From NCBI GenBank assembly GCA_964291295.2, contig OZ219754.1, positions 2,848,001-2,912,000 of the forward strand: DNA of 64,000 nucleotides. The letters run 5' to 3'. Below are positions 23,466 to 32,794 of this stretch, one piece after another. Each line of letters opens with the position of its first letter. The stretch's first letter is position 1. This DNA is from an uncultured Candidatus Binatia bacterium. Lineage in GTDB: Bacteria; Desulfobacterota; Binatia; UBA9968; JAJDTQ01. The notes below the pieces were generated by a model. The model made no database searches and had not been told where the DNA came from. It saw nothing but the letters and a program-made list of their open reading frames with translations. The position numbers and the translations under genes are program-made.

Positions 23466-24155
23466 CTACACCGCCCCGTGCGCCACCAGCGCTTCGGCAA
23501 AAAGGATGTCTTCGGGGTAGGTGACCTTGATGTTGGCGGTGCTTCCCTCGACCACCCGCACCGGCGTGCCCATGCGTTCCACCAGCATTGCGTCGTCGGT
23601 GGCCTCCACCCCTTCCCGGTGGGCGAGCGCGTGGGCATCCCGGAGCAGGCCCACGGGAAACGCCTGCGGCGTCTGTATCTCCCAGAGCCGGCTCGACGGC
23701 AGCGTCTCCGTCACCTGTCCGTCGGTCACGCTCTTGATCGTGTTGCGCGACGGCACCGCCGCCGTCACCGAGCGGTTCCTGCGGGATTCCCGGGCACAGC
23801 GGTCGATCAGCGCCGGTGCGGCGAAGGGCCTCGCTCCATCATGGACGATCACGAACTCGCAGTCGGGGTCCAGCGCGTCCAGTCCCGCGCGCACGGAGTC
23901 CTGACGGCGGGCCCCTCCCGGCCGAACGCCGACCTCCAGCCCGGACACCGGCGCCCCTTGCAGCAGAGTCTCGTATCGCCGCAACGCCTCGGGCGGCACC
24001 ACCAGCGTTGCCCGACCCACCTCCCGGGAACGGCCGAAACGCTCGAGCGTGTGCAGGATCAGCGAACGTCCGGCCACCGGCAACAGAACCTTCGAGACAT
24101 CACTCCCCATTCGCGTCCCCCGGCCGGCGGCCAGGATGATGGCATTGACTCGCAC
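23466..24155 (-). CDS. ispD: 2-C-methyl-D-erythritol 4-phosphate cytidylyltransferase
   Basis: LAAGRGTRM, GGARRQDSV, HDGARP, QTPQAF, TDD, NIKVTYPED. Confidence 0.96.
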   Translation of the reverse strand: MRVNAIILAAGRGTRMGSDVSKVLLPVAGRSLILHTLERFGRSREVGRATLVVPPEALRRYETLLQGAPVSGLEVGVRPGGARRQDSVRAGLDALDPDCEFVIVHDGARPFAAPALIDRCARESRRNRSVTAAVPSRNTIKSVTDGQVTETLPSSRLWEIQTPQAFPVGLLRDAHALAHREGVEATDDAMLVERMGTPVRVVEGSTANIKVTYPEDILFAEALVAHGAV

Positions 24156-24239
24156 CCGGATGTCCTCCCGCGAAAACCTCCCGCAAAAAAAGAGCCGAAG
24201 GATGTCCTTCAGCTCTTTCGTGCCGATCCGAAGTCCGCG

Positions 24240-24725
24240 CTATTGGGTAAAGATGTGGCTCAACTCCTCCATGATCTTTTCCTCGGTGTGCGCCCGGGCG
24301 ATGGAAAGCTCCTTGACCAGCAGGTTTCGGGCCGTATCCAGCACCTTTCGCTCGCCAAAGGAGAGCTCCTTGTCGCCTTTCAGCAGGAACAGGTCCCGCA
24401 GCACCGCGGCGATCTCGATGACCGAGCCTGTCTTGATCTTTTCGGTATACTCCCGATAGCGGCGGTTCCATGTCTGCTGGTCGATGGGCGCCCTTTTCTT
24501 TTCCCGCAGGATTCGGTAGACGCGCGTGACCGTCGTCTTGTCGATGATCTTCCTCATGCCCACGGTCGAGGCGTTGTCGACGGGTACCATCATCTTCATG
24601 TCCGTATCGAGGATGCGAAGCATGTAGAATCTCTTCTCGGTCCCGGATATCACCTGACTCCGTACCGCTTCGATTTCGCCAACGCCATGTGCGGGATAGA
24701 CAACCTTCTCTCCGACCTTGAACAT
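24240..24725 (-). CDS. carD: CarD family transcriptional regulator
   Basis: MFKVGEKVVYPAHGVG, WNRRYR, LSFGERK; AAGGAGG RBS. Confidence 0.95.
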   Translation of the reverse strand: MFKVGEKVVYPAHGVGEIEAVRSQVISGTEKRFYMLRILDTDMKMMVPVDNASTVGMRKIIDKTTVTRVYRILREKKRAPIDQQTWNRRYREYTEKIKTGSVIEIAAVLRDLFLLKGDKELSFGERKVLDTARNLLVKELSIARAHTEEKIMEELSHIFTQ

Positions 24726-24870
24726 TCTTTCCTCCTTGACGGGTCAGAAACGATGCGCGGCAGAGGGACAAATCAGTCGACGGAACCGGAGGAAGGTGAC
24801 TGTGGGGGACGAGTTCAGGACTGGAGGTGGGTTTTTCAATGACTTTCTCTTCAACGATCAGGACACTCCT

Positions 24871-24900
24871 TATATACAACGCCCGTCAAGAAACTGTCAA
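24871..24900 (-). promoter_or_regulatory. Probable carD promoter
   Basis: Minus strand TTGACA (24895-24900)-N18-TATATA (24871-24876) in an AT-rich island. Confidence 0.5.
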
Positions 24901-24967
24901 GCTTTATCGTATGCAAAGATATTCAACATATTACGAATGGTTATCTGACAATATCTAACATAGGACC

Positions 24968-25456
24968 TCAGTTTCCTGAGGATTCGTTGCGCGCAGGTTG
25001 CAGCGTCCGTTCCATGAGCCAGGCGTCCTCTCCATTGTCGGAGTAGTACCCTTTCCGCAGGCCGCAGACCTCGAAACCCATTGAACGGTAAAGGGTTTGC
25101 GCCGGGTCGTTGGACCTCCTGACCTCCAGGGTCATTCGCCGCAAGCCCCGTTTCGCGGCGCTCTCGATGAGGTTCCGGAGCATGGCCCGAGCAACCCCCT
25201 GCCGCCGGCACTGCGGATGCACCGCGACGTTGTGGATGTCCAGCTCGCCGGGCAGTTCCCAGTAGACGACGTACCCGATGGGCCTGCCCTCCCGCTGGCA
25301 CAGGATAGATCCGGCATGCGCCGCCTGCAACTCCTCGAGAAAGAACTGCCGGCTCCAGGGACTGGCGAACGCCGCCGTCTCGATGGTCATGACCTCATCG
25401 ATGTCGGCGGCCGTCATGCTCCGGAGGTACAGCCCTCCACTGGCCTCTACGGACAT
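24968..25456 (-). CDS. rimI: Ribosomal-protein-alanine N-acetyltransferase (start uncertain)
   Basis: IETAAFASPWS, NVAVHPQCRRQG, LEVRRSN, RKGYYSDNGEDA. Confidence 0.9.
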   Translation of the reverse strand: MSVEASGGLYLRSMTAADIDEVMTIETAAFASPWSRQFFLEELQAAHAGSILCQREGRPIGYVVYWELPGELDIHNVAVHPQCRRQGVARAMLRNLIESAAKRGLRRMTLEVRRSNDPAQTLYRSMGFEVCGLRKGYYSDNGEDAWLMERTLQPARNESSGN

Positions 25457-25512
25457 TCGGGGAAAACCGTACGGGTGCGAACCTGACGTCGGTCTTGCGT
25501 GGTCGCGGAATG

Positions 25513-26853
25513 TCAGGTGATCCAACCCAGCCTTCCGGCGCTCTCCTTCAGCAGAAGAACGTCCAGAACCTTGCTGTTCAGACGGTGAACGAAGCCGTAG
25601 ACCCGGTCCTGCAAGGGAATGACCGTGGTGAACTCGGGCGGAAAGGCGCCGATGCTTGAGGATACCTGACGGATGCGGGTGTCCGGCAACCTGCCCTTGA
25701 CGATCAACCGGCCTTCCTTCAGCAACAGGTCATAGTCATAATCCGGCATGCGCGACGGCAGTTTCGACGCAATGGCGATACCCAGGCGCGGCACCTGGGT
25801 GGGGAACTCCAGCCGAAGATGGTAGGCCTTGCCCAGGTCTTCCATCGTGTAGGCGTGGCCGTAGCGCCGCTCGCGCTCCACCTTCTCGACGAATCGCGAA
25901 TCGTAGAATCCCTCCACGGGCACCGGGATTCGCCGCAGCAACCTGCCGCGCCGCGACAGCAACGGCCGCAGCAGCATGGCCAGCGGAACGCCGTAAAGCG
26001 CCGCGCCCACCGTGACCTGCTCCACCGGAACCGCGCTGAAGACGCTCCGGCGCAGGCGATACAACACCTCGGCCAACGCCACCAGGAAACCTGCCAGGAT
26101 GTACAGGTTGACGCCCTTGCCGAAGGCCAGGCCCAGCCCCTCCAGCGCGACCCCCACGAGGACCAGCACCACCGGATAGAGGATCATGTTGAGGATCATG
26201 TTCAGGGCCGTGGCCAAGCCGTCCACGATGCCGTGACGGCCCGCCAGCTCCGCCAGATCGTTTCGCGAGGAAGCGGGCAGGGCGCCGAGCAGCGGCTGCA
26301 ACAGCCGCAGGGTGATTCGCAACAGGCTGGAATCGCTGGTCTGGATCCGTTCCGCCCATTCGTCGAAACCCATGGGCAACTGGCCCGGGAAAACCTTGGG
26401 CTCCCGCGGTACGGGGGCCTCCTCAGGTTCTTCTTCAGGCTCTTCCGCCGGCGCGGGGCTGGCCGCGGCCACCGGAGCGGGGACCACTGCGGCGGGAGCC
26501 GCGGGCGTGGCGTCCGCCGCGGTGGCTTCCGCAGCCGGTGCCGGCGCGGGTTCCGCGGCTTCGCCGCCGGTACGGAACCTCGACTCGAACGCATCCCCGA
26601 AATCGACATCCTGGTGCAACTCCCGCGCCCGTTCGATCAGCACGGTTTCCGATTCCACGTTGTTCGGGTCCGTCACACAGCAGTCCACCGGACAAACCGC
26701 GGCACAGGCTTCGTAATCGTGGAACCCGACGCATTCGGTGCACAGCACCGGATCGATGACGTACAGGTCATCCTGTTGCGTGATGGCTTCGTTGGGACAC
26801 TCGGGTTCGCAAGCGCCGCAGTTGATGCACTCGCTGGTTATCATCGTCGCCAT
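25513..26853 (-). CDS. YfhL-type 2[4Fe-4S] ferredoxin fused to a membrane segment and a C-terminal Hsp20-like domain
   Basis: CINCGACEPECP, CTECVG..CAAVCPVDC; Ala/Pro/Glu linker; 2-3 hydrophobic helices; C-terminal beta-sandwich pattern (Hsp20 call is inference). Confidence 0.8.
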   Translation of the reverse strand: MATMITSECINCGACEPECPNEAITQQDDLYVIDPVLCTECVGFHDYEACAAVCPVDCCVTDPNNVESETVLIERARELHQDVDFGDAFESRFRTGGEAAEPAPAPAAEATAADATPAAPAAVVPAPVAAASPAPAEEPEEEPEEAPVPREPKVFPGQLPMGFDEWAERIQTSDSSLLRITLRLLQPLLGALPASSRNDLAELAGRHGIVDGLATALNMILNMILYPVVLVLVGVALEGLGLAFGKGVNLYILAGFLVALAEVLYRLRRSVFSAVPVEQVTVGAALYGVPLAMLLRPLLSRRGRLLRRIPVPVEGFYDSRFVEKVERERRYGHAYTMEDLGKAYHLRLEFPTQVPRLGIAIASKLPSRMPDYDYDLLLKEGRLIVKGRLPDTRIRQVSSSIGAFPPEFTTVIPLQDRVYGFVHRLNSKVLDVLLLKESAGRLGWIT

Positions 26854-26873
26854 GGAAGAACGCTCCTGAATCA

Positions 26874-26927
26874 GCCCCGCTCAAAGTAAGCCCCGCTCAG
26901 GATCCCGCTCAAGATCCTGCTCGGAAC
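26874..26927. repeat. Degenerate tandem repeats (cccgctca core) upstream of the ferredoxin fusion gene
   Basis: gccccgctcaaagtaa gccccgctcaggat cccgctcaagat cctgctcggaac. Confidence 0.6.
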
Positions 26928-27056
26928 GCCGGCGGGCGCGGCCCGGCTCCTGCAAGCCCTGCAAGATAAAAATAGTTGATTTTCCGGGTTTCTTCAACGT
27001 CCCGGAGCTGCTTGAAAAACCACGATCCCGTGTGTTACAAAGCTGTTGTCTTTTCG

Positions 27057-27132
27057 GGCGGCGTACCCAAGTGGTCAAGGGAGAGGTCTGCAAAACCTCC
27101 ATGCGGCGGTTCGAATCCGCCCGCCGCCTCCA
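27057..27132 (+). tRNA. tRNA-Cys (GCA)
   Basis: GGCGGCG/CGCCGCC acceptor stem, GAGGT-CT GCA AA-ACCTC, GGTTCGAATCC, U discriminator, CCA. Confidence 0.96.
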
Positions 27133-27182
27133 ATCCCCCACCCGACCTGGCGCACGATGGCACTCAACGGCCCGCCGCCCGG

Positions 27183-29015
27183 TCAGCGCTGTTTCAGCAT
27201 GTCGTCCAGCAACTCCGCGTAACGCTCCATCACGGTCCGCCGCTTGAGCTTCAGGCTCGGAGTCAGCTCTCCGGTGTCCGTGGAAAAGTCCGCCGGCAGG
27301 ATGCGGAAGTCGCGCACCGCCTCGAAGGCCGCCAGTTCCTTGTTGCGCTCGTGAATCCGTTGCCTGACGTACGCCGTGAGCCGGGAGTCCGCCGCCGCCT
27401 CCTCGACGCCTTCCCATCGCAAGCCCTCCTTCTCCCCCCAACGGCGAACTTCCTCGGGGTCCAGCGTGATCAACGCCACCAGGTGGCTGCTCCTGTCGCC
27501 CCACACCATGACCTGACTGACCAGCGGCTCCTGCCGCAGATGGTTCTCTATCATCTGCGGCGCCACGTTCTTGCCGCCGGAGGTCACGATCAGGTCTTTC
27601 TTGCGGTCGGTGATGCGCAGAAAACCGCCATCCTCGATCCGCCCGACATCGCCGGTGTGGAACCACCCGTCCTCGCCGATCACGTCCCGGGTGGCGGCGG
27701 GATCCTTGTAATACCCCTTCATGATGTTGGCGCCGCGGATCAGGATCTCGCCATCGCCGTTGATGCGGCACTCCACGCCGTCCAGGGGCAGGCCCACCGT
27801 GCCCACCCGATAGCGGTCCAGCCGGTTCACGTGGGTAACCGTGGAGGTCTCCGTGAGCCCATACCCCTCGACGATCCACACCCCCAGCCCCTGGAAGAAG
27901 TCCGCGATGGGTTCCGACAGCGGCGCACCACCCGAGATGGCCAGACGCAGCCGGCCGCCCATGCCTTGCCTGACCTTTGAAAGCACCAGGGAGTCCGCGA
28001 GCCGGTGGCGAAGCCGCAGCCACGGTCCGCAACGCTCGCCCTTCCTGGCCCGCCGGTTGTACCGCCCGCCCACGCCCACCGCCCAGCCGAAGAGCCTCTG
28101 CCTGAGAGCGCTGCCGCTCTCGACCCGGCTCTGGATGCGCCTGTGGGCATTCTCGTAGACCCGCGGCACGGAGAAGAGAAGCGTGGGCCGAACCGCCTGG
28201 AGATCCGCGGACAGCGTCCCGATGGAGCGCGCGAAAGCGCACACGTATCCTCGCGCCGCCGCCAGAAAGTGCTCCAGGCGGCCGAAGGAATGCGCCAGAG
28301 GAAGGAACTGAAGCGCCACGTCGTCCTCGCTGACGGGCATGGCGGCGAGGGACGAAGCGATGGTGAACAGATAGTGGCCGTGGGTCGTGACCACGCCCTT
28401 GGGTTCACCGGTGGTACCCGAGGTGTAGATGATGGTCAGGTCGTCGTCGGGCTCCAGCACCGCCGCCCGTTCCCGGAACCGTCCCGGATGCGCGCGCCCG
28501 TAGTCCCGCCCCATGGCCTTCAACCGCTCCAACGAGACGACGTCCGCCGCCATGCCGGAAGACTCGTCGGGCGCCGCATCCAGCACCACGGTGAGGGTCA
28601 CCCGCGGCATCGCCGGCGCCGCGGCGCGCAGCCTTTCCAAAGCCGCGCGGGAGTCCACCACCAGACCCACCGATTCGGAATGTTCCACGATGTGGTGTGC
28701 CTGCGCCGGCGTGCTGGAGGGATACAGGGGTACGGTCAGGGCACCGATGCAGATGTTTGCCCAGTCCAGCAGGCACCACTCGACCCGGTTGGCGGCGTAC
28801 AGGGCCACGCGGTCGCCCTTCCGGATCCCCGCCGCGGCCAGCCCCAGGGCCAACGCCTCGACCTCGGTGGCCACCTCGCTCCAGCTCTGGCCGCGCCACC
28901 GGCCGTCGCGCCAGAAACGGTACAGGAGCCGGTCCCGCCGGGCGTCCGCCTGGGACAGAAAGAGCTGGGCCAGGCTCCGATACGGCGTGCCGGCATCATG
29001 ACACAGGGGGCTCAA
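27183..29015 (-). CDS. Long-chain fatty acid-CoA ligase (AMP-binding, FadD15-like)
   Basis: YTSGTTGEPKG, EGYGLTET, WFHTGDVG, DRKKDLIVTSGGKNVAP; TTG start at 29015 after GGAGG. Confidence 0.92.
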   Translation of the reverse strand: MSPLCHDAGTPYRSLAQLFLSQADARRDRLLYRFWRDGRWRGQSWSEVATEVEALALGLAAAGIRKGDRVALYAANRVEWCLLDWANICIGALTVPLYPSSTPAQAHHIVEHSESVGLVVDSRAALERLRAAAPAMPRVTLTVVLDAAPDESSGMAADVVSLERLKAMGRDYGRAHPGRFRERAAVLEPDDDLTIIYTSGTTGEPKGVVTTHGHYLFTIASSLAAMPVSEDDVALQFLPLAHSFGRLEHFLAAARGYVCAFARSIGTLSADLQAVRPTLLFSVPRVYENAHRRIQSRVESGSALRQRLFGWAVGVGGRYNRRARKGERCGPWLRLRHRLADSLVLSKVRQGMGGRLRLAISGGAPLSEPIADFFQGLGVWIVEGYGLTETSTVTHVNRLDRYRVGTVGLPLDGVECRINGDGEILIRGANIMKGYYKDPAATRDVIGEDGWFHTGDVGRIEDGGFLRITDRKKDLIVTSGGKNVAPQMIENHLRQEPLVSQVMVWGDRSSHLVALITLDPEEVRRWGEKEGLRWEGVEEAAADSRLTAYVRQRIHERNKELAAFEAVRDFRILPADFSTDTGELTPSLKLKRRTVMERYAELLDDMLKQR

Positions 29016-29016
29016 G

Positions 29017-30159
29017 TCATCTCCCTCCAGCCTCGACGGGGCCGGGTCCATCCTCGAAGCATCCGTCGATCTGGGCACAGACGTACCGCTGCTGCGCCCA
29101 CGTCATCTCGGGATAGACGGGCAAGGCCAGCGAGGTTCGCGACGCCGCCTCGGCCTCCGGACAGTCCCCCCGACGGTAGTCGAGCGATTCGAAGCACTCC
29201 TGGAGGTGCAGCGGCAAGGGATAGTATATTTCCGTCGCCACGCGGCGCGCTTCCAGAAACGACCGCAGCCGGTCCCGCTCCGACGAACGGATGACGAACT
29301 GGTTGTAGACATGGCCGGGGTTGTCCTGGGGAAGGACAACCCGCTCCGCCGATACCGCCCTGGCCAGGAGTTCCCGGTACCGCCGGGCGTTTTCCCGGCG
29401 CGACTCGGACCATTCCCGGACGTGTCTCAGCTTGACGCGCAGCACCGCGGCCTGAAGGCTGTCGAGTCTGAAGTTTCCGCCCACCAGCCTGTGGTGATAC
29501 TTGGGCGACTCGCCGTGAACCCGCAGCATGCGGATCCGCCGGGCCAGCTCTTCGTCGTCGGTGATCACCATCCCGCCATCGCCAAAGGCTCCAAGGTTCT
29601 TGCTGGGATAGAAGGAGAAGCAGCCCACGTCGCCGATGGTGCCCGCCGCCCGGCCCCGGGCATCGGTGCCGCCGAAGGACTGCGCGGCATCCTCGACCAC
29701 CGCCACCCGCGCACCCTCGGCCAACTCCTTCAGGGGGTCGAGGTCCATGCAGCGGCCGAACAGATGGACGGGCATGATGGCCCGGGTCCGGGGGCTCATG
29801 CGCGCCGCCACGGCCGCGGGATCCATGTTGAAAGTATGGGGCTCGATGTCCACGAACACCGGCCGCGCGCCCACTCGCGCGACCACGCCGGCGGTGGCGA
29901 CGAACGAGTAGGCCGACGTGATGACCTCGTGGCCCGGACCGATCTCCAGGGCCATGAGCGAAGCCAGCAACGCGTCGGTGCCGGACGAGACGCCGATGGC
30001 GAACCGCGCGCCGGCATGGGCGGCGATCTCCCGCTCCAACGCCTCCACCTCCGGGCCCAGGATGAATCTCTGTGACGCGCAGACTCTCAGGACCGCTTCC
30101 TGAACCTCCTCGCGAATGGTCTCGAACTGGGCTTTCAGGTCCAGCAATGGCAATTTCAT
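29017..30159 (-). CDS. DegT/DnrJ/EryC1/StrS PLP-dependent aminotransferase
   Basis: SSGTDAL, MPVHLFG, EDAAQS, SFYPSKNLGAFGDGG. Confidence 0.94.
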   Translation of the reverse strand: MKLPLLDLKAQFETIREEVQEAVLRVCASQRFILGPEVEALEREIAAHAGARFAIGVSSGTDALLASLMALEIGPGHEVITSAYSFVATAGVVARVGARPVFVDIEPHTFNMDPAAVAARMSPRTRAIMPVHLFGRCMDLDPLKELAEGARVAVVEDAAQSFGGTDARGRAAGTIGDVGCFSFYPSKNLGAFGDGGMVITDDEELARRIRMLRVHGESPKYHHRLVGGNFRLDSLQAAVLRVKLRHVREWSESRRENARRYRELLARAVSAERVVLPQDNPGHVYNQFVIRSSERDRLRSFLEARRVATEIYYPLPLHLQECFESLDYRRGDCPEAEAASRTSLALPVYPEMTWAQQRYVCAQIDGCFEDGPGPVEAGGR

Positions 30160-30261
30160 GGGATTCGTCCGCCCGCCTCCTGTCCCGTTGATGCGGCAAT
30201 CGGCAGTTGATACAGAAGCAGGGAACGGTGCCGCAAGCAGGTTCCCCCAGCGAAGGTTGAC

Positions 30262-30915
30262 ATGGCACGAATACTCGGTCTGACCGGCGGCATCGCCACC
30301 GGAAAAAGCACGGTCTCAACCATCCTGAGCGACCGCGCCGCCATCGTCGATGCGGATCGGCTGGCGCGGGAGGTGGTGGAGCCGGGGCAGGAAGCCTGGC
30401 GGGAGATCGTCGGGCTGTTCGGCCACCAGGTACTCCGGGACGACGAGACCCTTGATCGTTCGTGCCTCCGCCGCCTGATCTTTCAGGACCCCGCGAGCCG
30501 CAGGCGCCTGGAGGCCATCACCCATCCGCGAATTCGGGCGCTGGCACGGAAGCGCATCGTCGAGGGTTCCCGCGACGCCGCGTTCGTCATCTACGACGCG
30601 CCGCTCCTGTTCGAGGCCAGGATACATCACTGGCTGCGTCCCGTCATGCTGGTGGCCTGTGCACCCCATATTCAGTCGGAGCGCCTCCGTCAACGGGACG
30701 GCCTCGACGCCGCCGCCATCGAACGCCACCTGACGGCACAGATGCCGCTGGCCGAGAAGCGCCGGCTTGCCGATTTCGTCGTCGAGAACGACGGCTCCCT
30801 GGCGGACCTCGAGGAAGCCGTGGCGGAAGTGTGGAAGGCCGTCGTGGCTACTTCACCCGCTCGATATATCTTCCTTCGGACGGATCCACCCGAATCCGGT
30901 CACCGGTCTGGATGA
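30262..30915 (+). CDS. coaE: Dephospho-CoA kinase
   Basis: GLTGGIATGKST, DADRLAREVV, LEAITHP, PLLFE. Confidence 0.95.
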   Translation: MARILGLTGGIATGKSTVSTILSDRAAIVDADRLAREVVEPGQEAWREIVGLFGHQVLRDDETLDRSCLRRLIFQDPASRRRLEAITHPRIRALARKRIVEGSRDAAFVIYDAPLLFEARIHHWLRPVMLVACAPHIQSERLRQRDGLDAAAIERHLTAQMPLAEKRRLADFVVENDGSLADLEEAVAEVWKAVVATSPARYIFLRTDPPESGHRSG

Positions 30916-31408
30916 ACGGCGGAACCTGGACCGTCACCCCGGTCTCCAGCCGGGCGGGCTTGTAGGACGCCGAGGCGGTGGCGCCCTTCATGGAGGGTTC
31001 GGTCTCCACCACTTCCAGTTCCACCGCCGCGGCGAGGCTCACCCCCACCGGACTTCCCTCGAACAGCTCCACGTTCACCATCTGCGTGGGCAGAAGGTAC
31101 CGCAGGATGTCGCCCACCTCCTCGGACGAGAGCTCCGATTGCTCGTAACTCTCGGTATCCATGAACGTATGACGGTCATCCTCGGCGTAGAGATACTGCA
31201 TTTCGCGGCTCTCCAGGGTGGCCCGGTCGATCTTGTCCTCGGAACGGAACTTGTGCTCGGTGCCGGCCCCGGTCCTGAGATTCCTGAGCTTCGTCTGCAT
31301 GAAGCCGTGGCCCTTGCCGGGCGTGAGATGCTTGACCGCGGTCACCCGGTAGAGCCCGCCCTCATGAAGGATGGTCATTCCCGTCCGAAGCTGTGTCGCA
31401 TTGATCAT
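30848..31408 (-). CDS. efp: Elongation factor P
   Basis: TPGKG loop, FMDTESYEQ, KPARLETG, VPPFI. Confidence 0.96.
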   Translation of the reverse strand: MINATQLRTGMTILHEGGLYRVTAVKHLTPGKGHGFMQTKLRNLRTGAGTEHKFRSEDKIDRATLESREMQYLYAEDDRHTFMDTESYEQSELSSEEVGDILRYLLPTQMVNVELFEGSPVGVSLAAAVELEVVETEPSMKGATASASYKPARLETGVTVQVPPFIQTGDRIRVDPSEGRYIERVK

Positions 31409-31504
31409 TGCGTGGCTTGTCCTTTCGTGAAACCCGCCCGCCCGGTGCCGCGTGGGACGCGAGCCCGGTGGTCGCTCGATTCGCCGCCGGCGGCGCGCCT
31501 CTCC

Positions 31505-31849
31505 TCACCCCGGCGGCCACCCCAGCGCCCGCCCTCCCAGGAGATGGAGATGGAGGTGATGGACGCTCTGCCCGGCATCCGGCCCGGTGTTCACCACCAC
31601 GCGGAATCCGCTCGCCGCCACCCCGTGCGTGGCGGCGAGTTGCCCGGCCACCTGCATGGCGTGTCCGAGGGTTGCCTCGTCTTCCGCCCGCAACGCATCG
31701 ACGCCGGCGACATGCCTGCGGGGGATGATCAGGAGATGCACCGGCGCCTCGGGCGCGATGTCCCTGAAAGCGAGCACCGATTCGTCGCGGTAGACGATGT
31801 CTCCGGGAACGTCTCCGCTGGCGATACCGCAGAACAGGCAGTCCTCCAC
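31505..31849 (-). CDS. Histidine triad (HIT/HinT) nucleotide-binding protein
   Basis: GTG start, DCLFC, AFRDIAP.APVH, AGQSVHHLHLHLLGGR.LGWPPG. Confidence 0.93.
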   Translation of the reverse strand: MEDCLFCGIASGDVPGDIVYRDESVLAFRDIAPEAPVHLLIIPRRHVAGVDALRAEDEATLGHAMQVAGQLAATHGVAASGFRVVVNTGPDAGQSVHHLHLHLLGGRALGWPPG

Positions 31850-32226
31850 TATGCGTTCCCCTGGCGCGGGTCGGAGCCGGGACAGAACGCCCGCACCGTA
31901 CCCGCATCCACCGTGAGCGGCACCTTCTGCAGCCAGGCGCCCACACATGGCCCCCAGACGCACTGGCCGGTAGCGGGCTCGTAGAGCGCTCCGTGATTGG
32001 CGCACACGAGATATCTTTCGTCCACCGTAAAGAACCGGTTGTCCATCCAGTCCATGGGAAGGGGAATGTGGCGACAGCGGTTCAGGTAGGCGAACAGTTC
32101 GCCCTCGTACCCGAACACGAAGCCCTCCAGGCTCTCGCCACGGCAGCGTAGCCTGAACTTCCGGCTGGTGCCGTCGGGGAAATCCTCCCTGCGTCCGATA
32201 CGCTTGCCTACCCGACGTCTTGCCAT
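31849..32226 (-). CDS. Small Rieske [2Fe-2S] protein
   Basis: NRCRH and CANHGALY, extra CVWGPC. Confidence 0.9.
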   Translation of the reverse strand: MARRRVGKRIGRREDFPDGTSRKFRLRCRGESLEGFVFGYEGELFAYLNRCRHIPLPMDWMDNRFFTVDERYLVCANHGALYEPATGQCVWGPCVGAWLQKVPLTVDAGTVRAFCPGSDPRQGNA

Positions 32227-32229
32227 GTG

Positions 32230-32718
32230 TCAGTCCGCCATCTCCCGCAGGAAGGACAGCTCTCCCGGCGGACAGCCTACAACGATCGCCCCCCCATCGA
32301 CAACCACCGGGAGGGCATGCAACGAGAGCCCCCGGCAGGGGCCTTCCACGCACAGCCCCGTGTCGGGCTCGTAGAGGGCGCCGTGGGTGGCGCACATCAG
32401 GTGGTTGCCGTCATCGCTCCAGAATCGGTAGCGAACGAAGTCCAGGGGCGTGACCATGTGGCGGCAGCTGTTGACATATGCGTGGAACCGCCCCCGATGG
32501 TTGACCACGAAACAGGCGATTCGAAACTTCCCGCAGACAAGCGAAAACTTCCTGACCGCCCCGGCCGGGACTTCGTCGACCCCGGCCACCACCCTGCCTC
32601 CGGGGTGCCCCTCCTTCACCATGCGCGCCCGGTCCCGCCTGAAGCGAAGCCGGCGCACCGTCAACGCCACCAGATACACGCCCAGGAAAAGCGCCGATGC
32701 ATAAAAGGTCAGTTCCAT
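32230..32718 (-). CDS. Rieske [2Fe-2S] protein with N-terminal membrane anchor
   Basis: Hydrophobic N-terminus followed by RRLR; NSCRH, CATHGALY, CVEGPC. Confidence 0.88.
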   Translation of the reverse strand: MELTFYASALFLGVYLVALTVRRLRFRRDRARMVKEGHPGGRVVAGVDEVPAGAVRKFSLVCGKFRIACFVVNHRGRFHAYVNSCRHMVTPLDFVRYRFWSDDGNHLMCATHGALYEPDTGLCVEGPCRGLSLHALPVVVDGGAIVVGCPPGELSFLREMAD

Positions 32719-32794
32719 GACTGGACACTCGGCCGCCCGCGCCGTTCTTCCGCAGGAAGGGAGAGCCGCAATGGGGTCGGGCCGAGCCCCGCTG

